Assembly: GCA_000004985.1 (NCBI GenBank)
Contig: GG738886.1
Direction: 5' to 3' (one strand)
Length of the DNA: 64,000 bases
Source of the DNA: Naegleria gruberi
Lineage: Eukaryota
Shown here: one piece after another, positions 1-11,138 of the stretch
How positions within the stretch are numbered: the stretch's first letter is position 1
Layout of the letters: each line of letters opens with the position of its first letter
Made by a program: the position numbers and the translations under genes
Notes under the pieces: model-generated
Seen by the model: only the letters and a program-made list of their open reading frames with translations
Database searches by the model: none
Told to the model about the DNA's origin: nothing

Positions 1-299
1 TTTACATTAATGAGATAATTCATAACAAAACTTACAACTGAAAGTATAAAGATTCAAACAAATAATCATCTGGAAAACTAATAAATATTGGAGAGGTATT
101 TCTTTCAACGTATCTTTCATGTAAAATCAAATATGAAACCACATAAAGTCGTTTGAGATCTATTAAATCAAGGTCAGGTAGTAAGTGAGTTGCTAGTGGA
201 ATAGTATCAGGGCTCAACAAGGAAATTATTTGGTTGCAATTACAACCAATGACCAACTCTAATGCATAGTGATAACATGGTGCTATCGATTTGTCATTA

Positions 300-3200
300 T
301 CATCTAATAAAAATAGAACACTTACTGGAATAATATGCATGGGTTTTGATGATTGTTGAAATAAAATCCACGTCCCTGATTTCGTAACCACTCATCAACT
401 CAGAGTTTCTAGAAATCTTACATACTACTTCAATATTTCCAATTACGACTTCTCCAAATTTTAAATTGACTTCATCTTCATTTATATTTTCCAAAAAGTC
501 TTCACAAAATTCCCACACTATTTCGACATATTTCTCAATATCAGAAGCATGGGATAGTTCTTTACAACTAAAAACTGTTGCTACAATATTATTATTTCCT
601 TGAATCAATAAAAGTTCGTGGATGTTTTGAAGATTTCCTTTCACTAACAGGATCATCTTGACATTATGATTTGCTTCAATTTGTTTAGGAGAAAATGACA
701 CTATCTGAAACAATTTTGACTTCATTTCCTGAATAATAATATCCCAGTTATCTGGTCGGTGTTCTTCTTCTCTTGCAGTGCATCTATGACATAAGTTGCT
801 AAATTCTTGATCAATACCACAATATTCTAACAATTTTCCAAATGAATAAATATCGCACTTATAAGTATATAAACCTCCTTCTGCTACTTGTGGAGATCTG
901 AAAAAGGTTGTACCTCCAGATGAATTGTCTTCTCCAAGACATATTTTACCGAATCCAAAATCTACAAGTGTAACTACATTCGATGATATCATAATATTTT
1001 TTGCTGAGATGTCTCGATGAACAATATTAAAAGCGTGAACCTTTTTAAGAGCATCAGCTATTTGAATGAGTATTTTGATTTTCTGAAAACGGCTTGGGTT
1101 TGTTTGATTCCATTCTGCCAAGTTTTGGTCTAATTCGTCTTGAATGATATAGATTGTGTTGTTTTCGTCTCGTAATATTGTTTCCACTTGGGCAAGCTCT
1201 TTAAGTTTATACTTAATATTGAGAAATCTTTACATGTTGGTGATTACAAAAGAATTAAAATACTTACATTAGTATAAAAACTTCTCTGTAAAACGGATAA
1301 TCTTGCTTAGCCCTGGGTATTACCTTTACAACCTTATTTTGGTTGTTCCAAAATATTCTATAAACGGTGCCATAAGCTCCCGATCCAATCGGGTTTGTTA
1401 GCTCGGGTAATTTATCTTTGTAAAATACCTTATTAGCAAAGAAATAGGTTTCAACATAATTTTTCATCAATTCATCTAAGTCTGAAATGTTGAATGGTAT
1501 TTCATTATTGCCAATATCTGTGGCACCAGAGGCTTTCAGAATATTGAAAGCTACCATTCTCTCTTGATATTCTCGATCAATAATAGACTCTGCCAACGTT
1601 TTCATCTTGCTCAACATGATATCCGGAAATAATCTCACTACAGAGTCGATTTGATGATCAATATCATCTTTTCCTACTTTCTTTTTCCTCTCTCCATTCC
1701 CGAAATGAGGCTGTTTAAGCTGGAAAAGGAGGCTGAAAAATCCTCCAATATTTCTTATTTTAGAAGAAATAGTTGATTCCCAAAATCCAAAATTAGTCAA
1801 TTTGGATCTTTCGATAATATCATTCTTTTGATCTACTGGATTAGGGAGTTCATTTTTGGGATTTGCAAAATCATAATGCAAGAAATCTCCAAGCTTAGTA
1901 AGGAAAAGCAATTGAATAGATTGAATATTAACTAATCTCAGAAGTAAACAATTCACTACTCTTGAAACTACTCTTTCATTGTATTCTCCCACATCCAATA
2001 TATCTTCAAAGTAAAGTTTGTCTTTGATATCAGAAGAAATTATATGACTATTCGCAATCTTTTTCTTAAACTTTTCACTATTAACAACCATAAACTTTTC
2101 AATTTGTTGGAAAAGCTTATTCTTGGAAATATTGATATCCTCAATTGATTTCTCTTCTATGATTGTTGTTATAATATTGTTCAAGACCTCCAATATTCTA
2201 GTGGAGTAATATTGTGGGAAATCTTGTAATTTTTGAAGGACTAATAGAAGAAGGTGTTCTTGAAATTCGAAAAATTCGCAATCTGGTATTTGGTTCCTTT
2301 TCATTTTGGATTCTAGAGCATTCTTTGCTGATATTCTAAATGAAGGAATATCTCCAAAATACTCTATTACTTGTGTTTGATGGTATTTTTTATACCTTTC
2401 AACGTTACTTTTGTCTTGTTCTTTGTCTACCATATTGTAAAGAATAATGTTAGGTTCAATGTTTTTTTCTTTAAGAATGGACAATATATTCTAAGAAAAT
2501 TAATGAAATCTGTTGGAGAATACTTACTCGATCTGGATATTGAATGTTTGTAAAATCAACAACACAAATGACGACATCTGAGTTTTCAACAAATTCCAAA
2601 GTGTTTGAATCTATTGCCTCACAATTCTTTTGATTTATGCCAGCAGTATCACATAGATTAATATCAAGTTGTAATAATTCATATCCTGGAAGCTGAATGC
2701 TGAATATCTTTTGTTCAAATTCGTCATTCAAATCCTCACTGAAATCTGAATCGAAATTAGCATCACTAGAAAAGCTTTGTTCGTCTAGCTCAGTAACTCG
2801 TTCAAGTTGTTGGGATAGACGATAATACTCCACCTTGTTACCATTCTCACAAATAATAACTCCACTAGTTGATGGTAAAACATCAGAGTGTAGAACTAGT
2901 CCTCCAAGAATACTGTTGATAACAGTTGATTTACCTACTGATGAGCCTCCCACAAGTGTAATTTTGAAAGTGGAGTCCAACGGTTTTTTAAATGTCAATA
3001 AATGTTGAATGACATTATTAAAATTATACAACTGATTCGTAATTTCGATCAAGCTTTCTTTAGAGGTTCTCCACTGCGCCATCTCTCCTCTAATTAACTC
3101 ATAATGAACGCTCAATTTGTCCCAAAACTTAGTGACAATAATCTCTCTTAACTTGATATCGGATGCAATGTTCAAAGCCTCTTTGTGTCTTCCTTGCAAT

Positions 3201-3592
3201 GATAAACATACAGCATATAAAGGTTCTAAAATTGATTCATTCCCATTATTAGACATAGACTTAATAGTATTAAGCGCATCTATTCAAGTGTAAAATTAGT
3301 ATCTCAAAAACAACCTACTTTTGCTCCATTCAATTTCATCTGTTAGAAAACCAGGATCCAAGTCTATAAAAGATGCAAGATAACGCTTAATGTTACTGGT
3401 GTCAATTGTATTCACTTGTTCTGAGGGATTCAACTTCAAAAAGTCCAAACATCTAGAACAATAAAATCCAGAGCTTGAGCCAACAACGTGACTGCCCAGT
3501 AAATCACAACATTTACACCAACGGCAACAAGGCGTTAAACGTTCATGGCATAGGCTTACTGCAAAGTTAATAATGTCAAGTGTTGATACCAT
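300..3592 (-). CDS. Multi-exon gene: N-terminal Cys-rich segment, then a mitofusin/dynamin-like P-loop GTPase domain, a helical region and a C-terminal Ser/Thr protein kinase domain. Proposed exons on the minus strand are 3592..3319, 3279..2528, 2490..1268 and 1227..300, about 1059 aa.
   Basis: GTPase motifs: ITLVGGSSVGKSTVINSILGG...LPSTSG (P-loop, close to mitofusin GKSTVINAML..LPSG) and LCDTAGI (DxxG). Kinase motifs: GSGAYGTVY glycine loop, VVKV lysine, HRDISAKN catalytic loop, DFG, and CDIYSFG. Exons are joined in frame by three tiny GT..AG introns at plus-strand 3280..3318 (39 nt), 2491..2527 (37 nt) and 1228..1267 (40 nt). I checked the junctions by hand; the third uses a weak AAG acceptor. 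Confidence 0.6.
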
Positions 3593-4244
3593 TTTTTTGA
3601 TTTGTTTAATTGAGTGCTATTGGCAATTAGTGATAACCTTGCTTGTTATGAAAGCTTGAAATCACGTTTGGATATTTATGGCAAGCAGGGTAGAATTTAC
3701 AAAATAACCAAACGTGATCACTCTACAGTAATTTTGAAAATAAATTGTAGATGATCACTCTACGGTTGGTATTAAATATTAATATTGAATAATGCACTTT
3801 AAATTGAAAGTCGTAAAATGGAATCCTTTAGACAATTTAATTATCGGAATGCAATGGAATTTTAAAAATTCACAACATTTTTTAAAAAGCACTCGGCAAA
3901 ACAACGCGTCTGCATTTCCATTTATTTTTTTATCAAATTTCAACACCGCTTAATGTTTTGAAGCTTCATAACATTTTCACCACCTCACCTCAGGCTTTAC
4001 AAGACATTATTAAATATTAATAATTTGTACTGTTGGTTTTGATAAGCGATACAATTAATTGGCTAATATTTTTCTTTAAAGGCCACCATTCTAACATGTA
4101 ACATCCCTCCGGAGTCTTTTAGCTACTATATTTTATAAAGATTTGGATAGTGTTACCAGAAACGAACAGTATCTCTCATGGCAATGAATCCAAACTAATC
4201 TTGGACAGTGCCTTGAACAAAGCCCCAACAATTACCACAAAAAA

Positions 4245-5392
4245 ATGTTTCTATCATTCAACAAGCCCTCTGCACTTTCGTCTACTTTCGAATCAAACAA
4301 TGCCAGCTCTATTGTTTTCACAATGACTGACTTTGATGATTTAATTTACTCGGCAATTGATCAATCCTTCTCCTTCTTCTTTATGGCAACTTTTATTTTA
4401 CTAATTTTACTAATTGTTGGATTTTCCATAAAAAGCGATTGGAAAACATTAAAAAAAAGTCAAAAAAATATAATTTTAATGATTTTGACATTGTTGACAA
4501 CTCAAATGATTGGACTGTCAGGGAGAACAAGTTATAATTTTATTGACATTTCAATTTTGACAAGATATGAAAATTATTTAACTGAGAATGGATATACAGA
4601 GAATGATCAACTGTATATTGATGTAATTGTGAATGGAAATGACACTTATTTGACAACTGACATGGTGGGAATACCTTATGCAGATGTAGTTGGATTATTT
4701 CTCTCCAAGTCAATTGAGGCATTTTTCATTTTATTTGGATTAGTGATAATTAACATGGTTTTACATTACATTTCACATTTATTCTTTAATTTAATCAAAT
4801 ATTCACAAGGAGTTTTGAAATCGAATAGAACTAGAGTTATTCGAATGATTTTTGACACTGTCATGTTTATTACTTATTTCTTTTACTTTTTATTATTGAC
4901 TGCCATATTTATATTATTACTCATTGAGAATTTGAAGATAATTCATAACATCCAGTTAATTTTCTTTATCATTTCATTTGTTTTATTTGTTTTCCAATTG
5001 CTTTCTCAAACAATATTTTCATTGGTAAGTAATTTATTCCTACTTTCGTATAAAAATTATTGAAATAGATTGTAGCCATGATAGTTCTTTCAATTATTAA
5101 TCAATCAAGAAAGAAATTCAAAGATCAAACAAATTATTCATGGAAACAACCAATTGTGAAAATTGTAATTTTACAAGCAATTATGATATTTTCATGTTTT
5201 ATTCAAATTATTGCGATTGGATTTGGAGTTGTCATTTCTGCTTGGAATAATTCAGCATTGATTTATGACTTTTTAAATAATTTGGGAGTTTTGATATTTT
5301 CTATATTGGTATTGTGTTTGTATCATCCTTCGTTTGACTTTTTTAAGAATGAGAATGTTCGAATGAGGCTTAATTGTCAAAGTTTAGAATAA
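4245..5392 (+). CDS. Multi-pass transmembrane protein of about 368 aa in two exons, with the intron at 5025..5068. Function unknown.
   Basis: Two long hydrophobic ORFs (4245..5063 and 5078..5392) join in frame across a 44-nt GTAAGT...ATAG intron. The sequence is rich in I/L/F stretches typical of TM helices. Confidence 0.5.
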
Positions 5393-5406
5393 AATGAGAG
5401 ATTTCC

Positions 5407-7242
5407 TTAATGTAAATGGAATGTTCCACCTCCATATGCATAATTCATTCTCTCACGCAACAGAATATCAAATTCCTCTTGACTATTGATGTGTGAAAAG
5501 TCAGCAATCAATCCATGATATTTAAGAGCTGCCATTCGATACTCTTCATCATGATTCAAATCAATAGCCAAATAAAACGCAGGGGATAATTTCAATGCCT
5601 TCATAACAAACTCTCTATTTTCTATCAGATTCTTTGGAATTTGTTGATAGGAGAATTTGTATTGATTCACTTTCATGGACGAAAGCAAAATTTCTTCATT
5701 GTCTGTAAGAAAGTTTGGAACTTGAGTGAAAACTACCTTTCTTTGCAATATCAAGTCAGCGATCTTCTGTTTGAAATCCAAATCTGAAACAAGTGATTCT
5801 GCTAGACTAATATTTGTGAAATTACCGAGGTCTATAACTTTCAAAACGAAATCCTTATCATTCTTGAAGAATGGAAAATATTCAATGCAATTCTGATTTA
5901 CCATAACACATTCCATAGCAAACTGACTGTCTTTTAACAAATCTTCCTTTGCAAATCTCATTAAAGAAGCATCATTTCGAATAACTTCCAAAATTCCCTT
6001 TCTATCATTTTGTTTGAACAACAATTCGAAATCTTTTCGTTTGTTTGGTTTTTTCACTTCCTCTTCTTCAATAAACTCATCATTCTCTTCATAATTACCC
6101 ACCATAAACATGTCATTTGAATCGTCTTCCAATTGTAAACTTTCTGATTTTTCATTTTCTTTAAAATTCTCAAAACTTTCATCCTTAATTAGTTCAGCAG
6201 GAATGTAAGGAAGAATTTTACAATCATGATTGAGTGCTTTCAATATAAATTGCTTATTATTTCTCAATTCTGATTGTTCAAGTAAGCTTGGATCATGTTG
6301 CAAACAGTTCAATAAGATTTCTTCATCATTGTTTCTAATACTTTCAGATAGATATCTGAAAGCTAAATAATTAATTTTCACTAATTGAAGGCAAAAATCT
6401 CTATCTTGCAATAAATCTATACCTTTAACATGATCCAGGAGGGTTATGTTGACTGGAGCAATTGCCAAAATTATTTCTCTATCTTTCTTCAATTCGTCTT
6501 TCATATTTGAATTCGAATAGACATTCACATTTCTTTTAATTGCTTCTAAAACCACATGTTTATCCTTAAAAAGATAAGAAAGTGAAGTGTTGTAATGCTG
6601 AACTAGATATTCTACAGCTATTTCAGGATATCTTTCGAATACAGATTCTTCCAAAGTTATTGAATCTGATTTGACAGCTGCCATAATAATTTCAGGATCA
6701 TTTTTCAAATCCTCACTAGCATACAGATAAGCCCACCCATCATTCTTCACAGCAGATAAAACAATTCTCTTGTCTGATTGACATTCCTCTGACAGAAACG
6801 CCAAATGTCTTCCTTGAAATTGAACGAGCATGTGAGCAATGTCAAGATCTGATTTAGAAGTTTCTGAGGATTGAAGGAGAGGATCGCAGAACCATTCCTT
6901 GAATGCCAGTTCGAATAATGATTTTCTGTTCAAAATAAATGGTAAATCTCTGACAAGATTCGAATATTTTGGACGAATTGATTTCATTGCTTGAATCACC
7001 AAATAATCATCAAATAAGAATTCAATAGGAAGAAAGTTGACTTGCAACAGTGAATTTGAAACTCTTCTCTCACGTTGTTCTTTAATATATTTCACTTTAG
7101 CTTCAATCCATTTCGAATAACCTTTTCCCAGTTGCGTAAACTTTTCTTTCAACTTTATCCGAAAGGAATTTTGATTATTTGATAGATAAAACGGTTCTTC
7201 CACCAGAATGAGAATGCACTGCTGCTCATGATCTTGTGACAT
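5407..7242 (-). CDS. Repeat protein of 611 aa with DUF4116-like repeats of roughly 35 aa.
   Basis: Single ORF. Recurrent motif of the form [RK]xxxEI(V/I)LxAVKxxGxALxYASxxLxNDxEI. An acidic low-complexity linker lies mid-protein. The gene at 60212..62089 is a paralogous architecture. Confidence 0.55.
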   Translation of the reverse strand: MSQDHEQQCILILVEEPFYLSNNQNSFRIKLKEKFTQLGKGYSKWIEAKVKYIKEQRERRVSNSLLQVNFLPIEFLFDDYLVIQAMKSIRPKYSNLVRDLPFILNRKSLFELAFKEWFCDPLLQSSETSKSDLDIAHMLVQFQGRHLAFLSEECQSDKRIVLSAVKNDGWAYLYASEDLKNDPEIIMAAVKSDSITLEESVFERYPEIAVEYLVQHYNTSLSYLFKDKHVVLEAIKRNVNVYSNSNMKDELKKDREIILAIAPVNITLLDHVKGIDLLQDRDFCLQLVKINYLAFRYLSESIRNNDEEILLNCLQHDPSLLEQSELRNNKQFILKALNHDCKILPYIPAELIKDESFENFKENEKSESLQLEDDSNDMFMVGNYEENDEFIEEEEVKKPNKRKDFELLFKQNDRKGILEVIRNDASLMRFAKEDLLKDSQFAMECVMVNQNCIEYFPFFKNDKDFVLKVIDLGNFTNISLAESLVSDLDFKQKIADLILQRKVVFTQVPNFLTDNEEILLSSMKVNQYKFSYQQIPKNLIENREFVMKALKLSPAFYLAIDLNHDEEYRMAALKYHGLIADFSHINSQEEFDILLRERMNYAYGGGTFHLH

Positions 7243-7559
7243 TTTTTAAATATATTTAATAATAATATTGAAGGTTACATTAATAATATTATTCATAATT
7301 ATTGATCCAAATTATCCTAAAATCATAATCTTTGATTAGTGACGAGATTAGTTGTTCCAGTTCGAAAGTCTAGACCAATCAAATAAATTTCAATTTCTAG
7401 TGTTGAGAAATTTTCAATTCAAAACCTTATTCGAAACATTAAGGAATAAAATTCGAACCAAACTCTTAAACTCTTGAGAATCATCTAAATCATTTTACTT
7501 TCCATAAATGAAAATGGAGAAATTAAACTATTAATAAAAAACAAAAGTTTTGAAAAAAA

Positions 7560-7946
7560 ATGATTGACCACATTGACCATATCGTGCTCACCACCCACAA
7601 CCTCAACCAATGCATTGATTTCTATACTCGTGTCTTGGGAATGCAATTAGAATCCTTTGGAAATAACAATGAACGTAAAGCTCTCAAATTTGGAAATCAA
7701 AAAATTAATATACACGAATATGGAAAGGAATTTGAACCAAAAGCTCATTTACCAGTTCCTGGTTCGATAGATATTTGTTTTATTGCTTCAATTCCATTGG
7801 AAAAAGTTAGAGAAAAGATTGAAAGTGAAAATTGGGAAATAATTGAGGGTCCAATTTTGAGAACTGGAGCAATTGGTAAAATTACATCAATTTATATAAG
7901 AGATCCAGATTTGAATTTGGTGGAAATTGCTACGTATAATCAATGA
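7560..7946 (+). CDS. Glyoxalase / VOC (vicinal oxygen chelate) family protein, 128 aa.
   Basis: Single ORF. The N-terminal HIDHIVLTTHNLNQCIDFYTRVLGM matches the VOC/glyoxalase-I beta-alpha-beta-beta-beta module signature. Confidence 0.55.
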   Translation: MIDHIDHIVLTTHNLNQCIDFYTRVLGMQLESFGNNNERKALKFGNQKINIHEYGKEFEPKAHLPVPGSIDICFIASIPLEKVREKIESENWEIIEGPILRTGAIGKITSIYIRDPDLNLVEIATYNQ

Positions 7947-8502
7947 GTCAATATTGAGAAATTAGTTTTAAATTTCATTCAGTAAAAATGTCAAGTTGTC
8001 AATTTTTTTTGAAAGTATTTAAAAATATTGAATATTGACACATGTGAACGAAGGAAATATTACATAGTGGAACATTTTCATTACAATATTACCGTGAAAA
8101 TTAACTACTCAATAGTTTAATAAATTTAAATACCAGTTTACAAATTGGCAAGTGGAAACTATCAAAAGTCAAAATTAAACATGTCAAAGATTTGCAATAA
8201 AAGGAGAGGATACAAATTAATTGATTAGTGTCAGGCTTTGGAACCCTTTTTTTCGGATAAGCTTTTCAAATTTGGACGATTCTTGTCTTTGGTCAGAATT
8301 AAAAAACGAAACTTTCGAATAAATTGAAACAAAGAGTAGACAAGGATTTCATATCTTTGTTTTATTCACAGAGTTGCTAGCCATCATCATTAGTAAAATC
8401 ATCATTTTCATCATCATTAGCGAGTAATAATAAATTTAGATCTCGGGAGATAGCAGATTCGAAACCTTTCGAATAGAAAAGTCTATCACAATATTAGGAA
8501 AA

Positions 8503-11109
8503 ATGTTCTCTTCATCCTCTTCGTCATCCTCCAACAATAGGCGTTTACCTCTGGCCATCCTATTCCACACACCACCTAATCCTCTCATCCAACAACAACT
8601 TCCTCCAACACTTTCTCCCAATGTTTCGTCTAATTCTTCCATTCGAATAAACTCACCTCTAACATCCAGCAGTCTATCAAGTACCACTACCAATATCATG
8701 AGCAATATTAGTAGTAGTACCAACAGTTCCATTCATACTTCAACTCCTTCATTTTCTTCATCATCTTCTTTTACTCCAAGTTTAAATTCGCTTAGTTTCT
8801 CCTCATCTAATCCGAATCCGTTGAAACCAAGAAGTAGAAGTAATAGTAATTCAAGTTCTGTTAGTAATGGTGGTTTACATGAGTTTGTTTCGTCTCCGAC
8901 TGCAGAAGAAGTCGAAATTGAAAATGATGAAGAAAAACGAAAGAGGACGAAATCAATGGCAAGTTTGGCGAAACAATTAAAAAAGATTTCGAATCAGCCA
9001 GGTGAAACAATTAATCAACCAATTTCATCAGAAAGTTCTGTCATTGCAAATACGCCACAGAAAGTTGAGAAAGTAGAAGAAACTCCATCCGAAACTATTG
9101 TTGTTGGACTAAAGAGAAGAGTTAGTTCATTTCTATTTAGGAAATCTTTAAATCAAGAAACATTAAGTGCTAATGGAGGAAGTTTTCGTATTCCAGCTGC
9201 TTCATCACCTTCTAGAAAATCATTGAATGTAATTTCTAATACGAATCCAAACGAATCCAACACATATACATCATCTTCTCCTCAATTTGGCAAGGCCACA
9301 GTTTCTAACAACAATCAATCTAATCCTATTCAAAGAACTAATTCAAAAACTAGAAGTTTCTTCACATCTAAAAAGAAGAAACATCAATCAATGGAACATG
9401 AAGTTTCTTCTAATGTTTCTAATAAGAAAAATAGACATTCATCTTCCAGTAATGTAGCAGGAATGTGTGAATCACCAGATACTGGTTCATTATTTTCATT
9501 TGATATAGGAACAGTTGATGCCACAACAAATACTACTAGCAATGATAATGTCAGTAGTACTGATGCAGATTGCATTTCGAATTTTGGTGGAAATAATCAA
9601 AAAAGTTTAGTTTTGGAAGATTTGGAACATGCCACTCCAGAGGAAATGGGAAATATTGATAGTATGAGAGTGAAATTTTTACAATTCATTTCGAATGAAT
9701 TTGTGAGAAATCCAAATACGAAAGGTCTTCCAGAAAATGACTTTCTCGTCAAGTTGTATTTTATGGATTTTATGTATGATGGTATTAGTTTGAAAATTTC
9801 TAGAAAATTGACAAATCTTTTATCAATTTTACATCAAATTGATTCGCTTTGTAAATTTTTATTAACCAAATTTGACAAACATTCCCAATTATGGAGAGAA
9901 ATTATTGAAGATCAAGCAACAAGTTTAAAATATCCATATCTAGAATGTATTGTAACTGACACTATTGAAAATGATGTTCAAAGAATGAGCCAATCTTACT
10001 GGTTGACTCATCAAAGATTATGTAAATTTTTAAAAGAAACCTATGAAGTATATGTGAAGAATAATCATAAACCATTAGAACAACTAGACGAAAATCAATC
10101 TCATTCAACCAATTTGAAGAAACAAATTCAGTTATTGTGTGACATGTTCTTTATTGACTTGGAAGATCAATTTATGCTTTTCCAAGCAAAGAATTACAAG
10201 TACATTAAGAAATGGATTGGTGAGGGTGTGAAAAATAAGACAATTCCAAATCAAGTGATTGAAATTTATAAGAGAGATAGGGAGCATAATGAAAAGATGC
10301 AAAACGAATTCAAGATTCAAGCCGAAGACTTTACAACTAAGCATGTCATTGATAAGGATTGGAAATTTATGAAATATTTCTCTAATGAACTATCTCACCA
10401 TTGGTTCCTTACTTATAGTCAGCTCGGAAAATTGGCTAATTGGAATAGTTTTGCAGATTTTTCATCAGACAATTTGAATTTGAGAATTTCCAAAATGATT
10501 GGATATATTGACCAACCAATTGAGCAAGTTGCAAAATCTTTCAATTATGACAATCATTTACAATATCAATTTAAGAATATGAAATGGTCGTCGTACAATA
10601 CCATTGATGATTCTAATTCACTGCTCAAATATCCATCTGTTCTCATGTCAGGTGTCTATGAATCAGGTTCTATATTCTCATCTAGAAATATGCAATTAGT
10701 ATTCTCATCAAAATCATCGTTTGTAGGCGAAGAATTAACCGAAATGCAAACAATATTCAAATCATGTGAAACTGTAAAGGAGAAATCTAAAAAGGACATT
10801 ATCAAAATCAAAATGCCACTACTAGGAATCAGAATTTTACTGAAAATTGATGAAAATAGAACTAGAGTTACAGAGCTGAGATTTTCCAATTTGGGTGGTT
10901 TCTTAAATTCCAAAATTGTAATTTTTAACCCAATCAGTACAAAGAAATCTTGCTTGGAAACTTATAATTCGCTGCTGAGTGCCATTGCAGCTCATGAAGG
11001 AAAAGGCATGCCCTCCTCACAAGATAATAATCTAATGAGATTGTGGGTTGACTATTGTAATCATTACGCTGGTATTAATGTTGTTGAAAAGTATAAATCA
11101 ATTCGATAG
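8503..11109 (+). CDS. Hypothetical 868-aa protein. The N-terminal third is Ser/Asn/Thr-rich low complexity and the C-terminal two-thirds look globular. No domain recognised.
   Basis: Uninterrupted 2.6-kb ORF, unlikely by chance at this AT content. The stop lies 29 bp from the convergent G-alpha gene. Confidence 0.5.
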   Translation: MFSSSSSSSSNNRRLPLAILFHTPPNPLIQQQLPPTLSPNVSSNSSIRINSPLTSSSLSSTTTNIMSNISSSTNSSIHTSTPSFSSSSSFTPSLNSLSFSSSNPNPLKPRSRSNSNSSSVSNGGLHEFVSSPTAEEVEIENDEEKRKRTKSMASLAKQLKKISNQPGETINQPISSESSVIANTPQKVEKVEETPSETIVVGLKRRVSSFLFRKSLNQETLSANGGSFRIPAASSPSRKSLNVISNTNPNESNTYTSSSPQFGKATVSNNNQSNPIQRTNSKTRSFFTSKKKKHQSMEHEVSSNVSNKKNRHSSSSNVAGMCESPDTGSLFSFDIGTVDATTNTTSNDNVSSTDADCISNFGGNNQKSLVLEDLEHATPEEMGNIDSMRVKFLQFISNEFVRNPNTKGLPENDFLVKLYFMDFMYDGISLKISRKLTNLLSILHQIDSLCKFLLTKFDKHSQLWREIIEDQATSLKYPYLECIVTDTIENDVQRMSQSYWLTHQRLCKFLKETYEVYVKNNHKPLEQLDENQSHSTNLKKQIQLLCDMFFIDLEDQFMLFQAKNYKYIKKWIGEGVKNKTIPNQVIEIYKRDREHNEKMQNEFKIQAEDFTTKHVIDKDWKFMKYFSNELSHHWFLTYSQLGKLANWNSFADFSSDNLNLRISKMIGYIDQPIEQVAKSFNYDNHLQYQFKNMKWSSYNTIDDSNSLLKYPSVLMSGVYESGSIFSSRNMQLVFSSKSSFVGEELTEMQTIFKSCETVKEKSKKDIIKIKMPLLGIRILLKIDENRTRVTELRFSNLGGFLNSKIVIFNPISTKKSCLETYNSLLSAIAAHEGKGMPSSQDNNLMRLWVDYCNHYAGINVVEKYKSIR

Positions 11110-11138
11110 TTTTTTGTTGTAAATTGTAACTTATTCAC

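Noticed and set aside
32-391. The 119-aa minus-strand ORF at the left edge of the window.
   Set aside because: It overlaps the 3' end of the kinase exon (300..1227) in another frame and lacks motifs. It is most likely 3' UTR or a frame shadow.
3593-4244. Searched intergenic stretches (3593..4244, 14351..15100, 28200..28990, 50771..51613) for transposon hallmarks such as LTRs, TIRs, target-site duplications, or RT or transposase ORFs.
   Set aside because: No terminal repeats or transposase-like or RT-like ORFs were recognised. These regions look like ordinary AT-rich promoter and UTR DNA.
8436-8732. Antisense ORFs inside low-complexity coding regions. Other examples are 51763..52533, 40137..40511, 20616..20873 and 9384..9575.
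   Set aside because: They are the opposite-strand reading of Ser/Asn/Thr-rich codon runs (AGC/AAT repeats and the like). They overlap well-supported long ORFs completely and have no motifs of their own.
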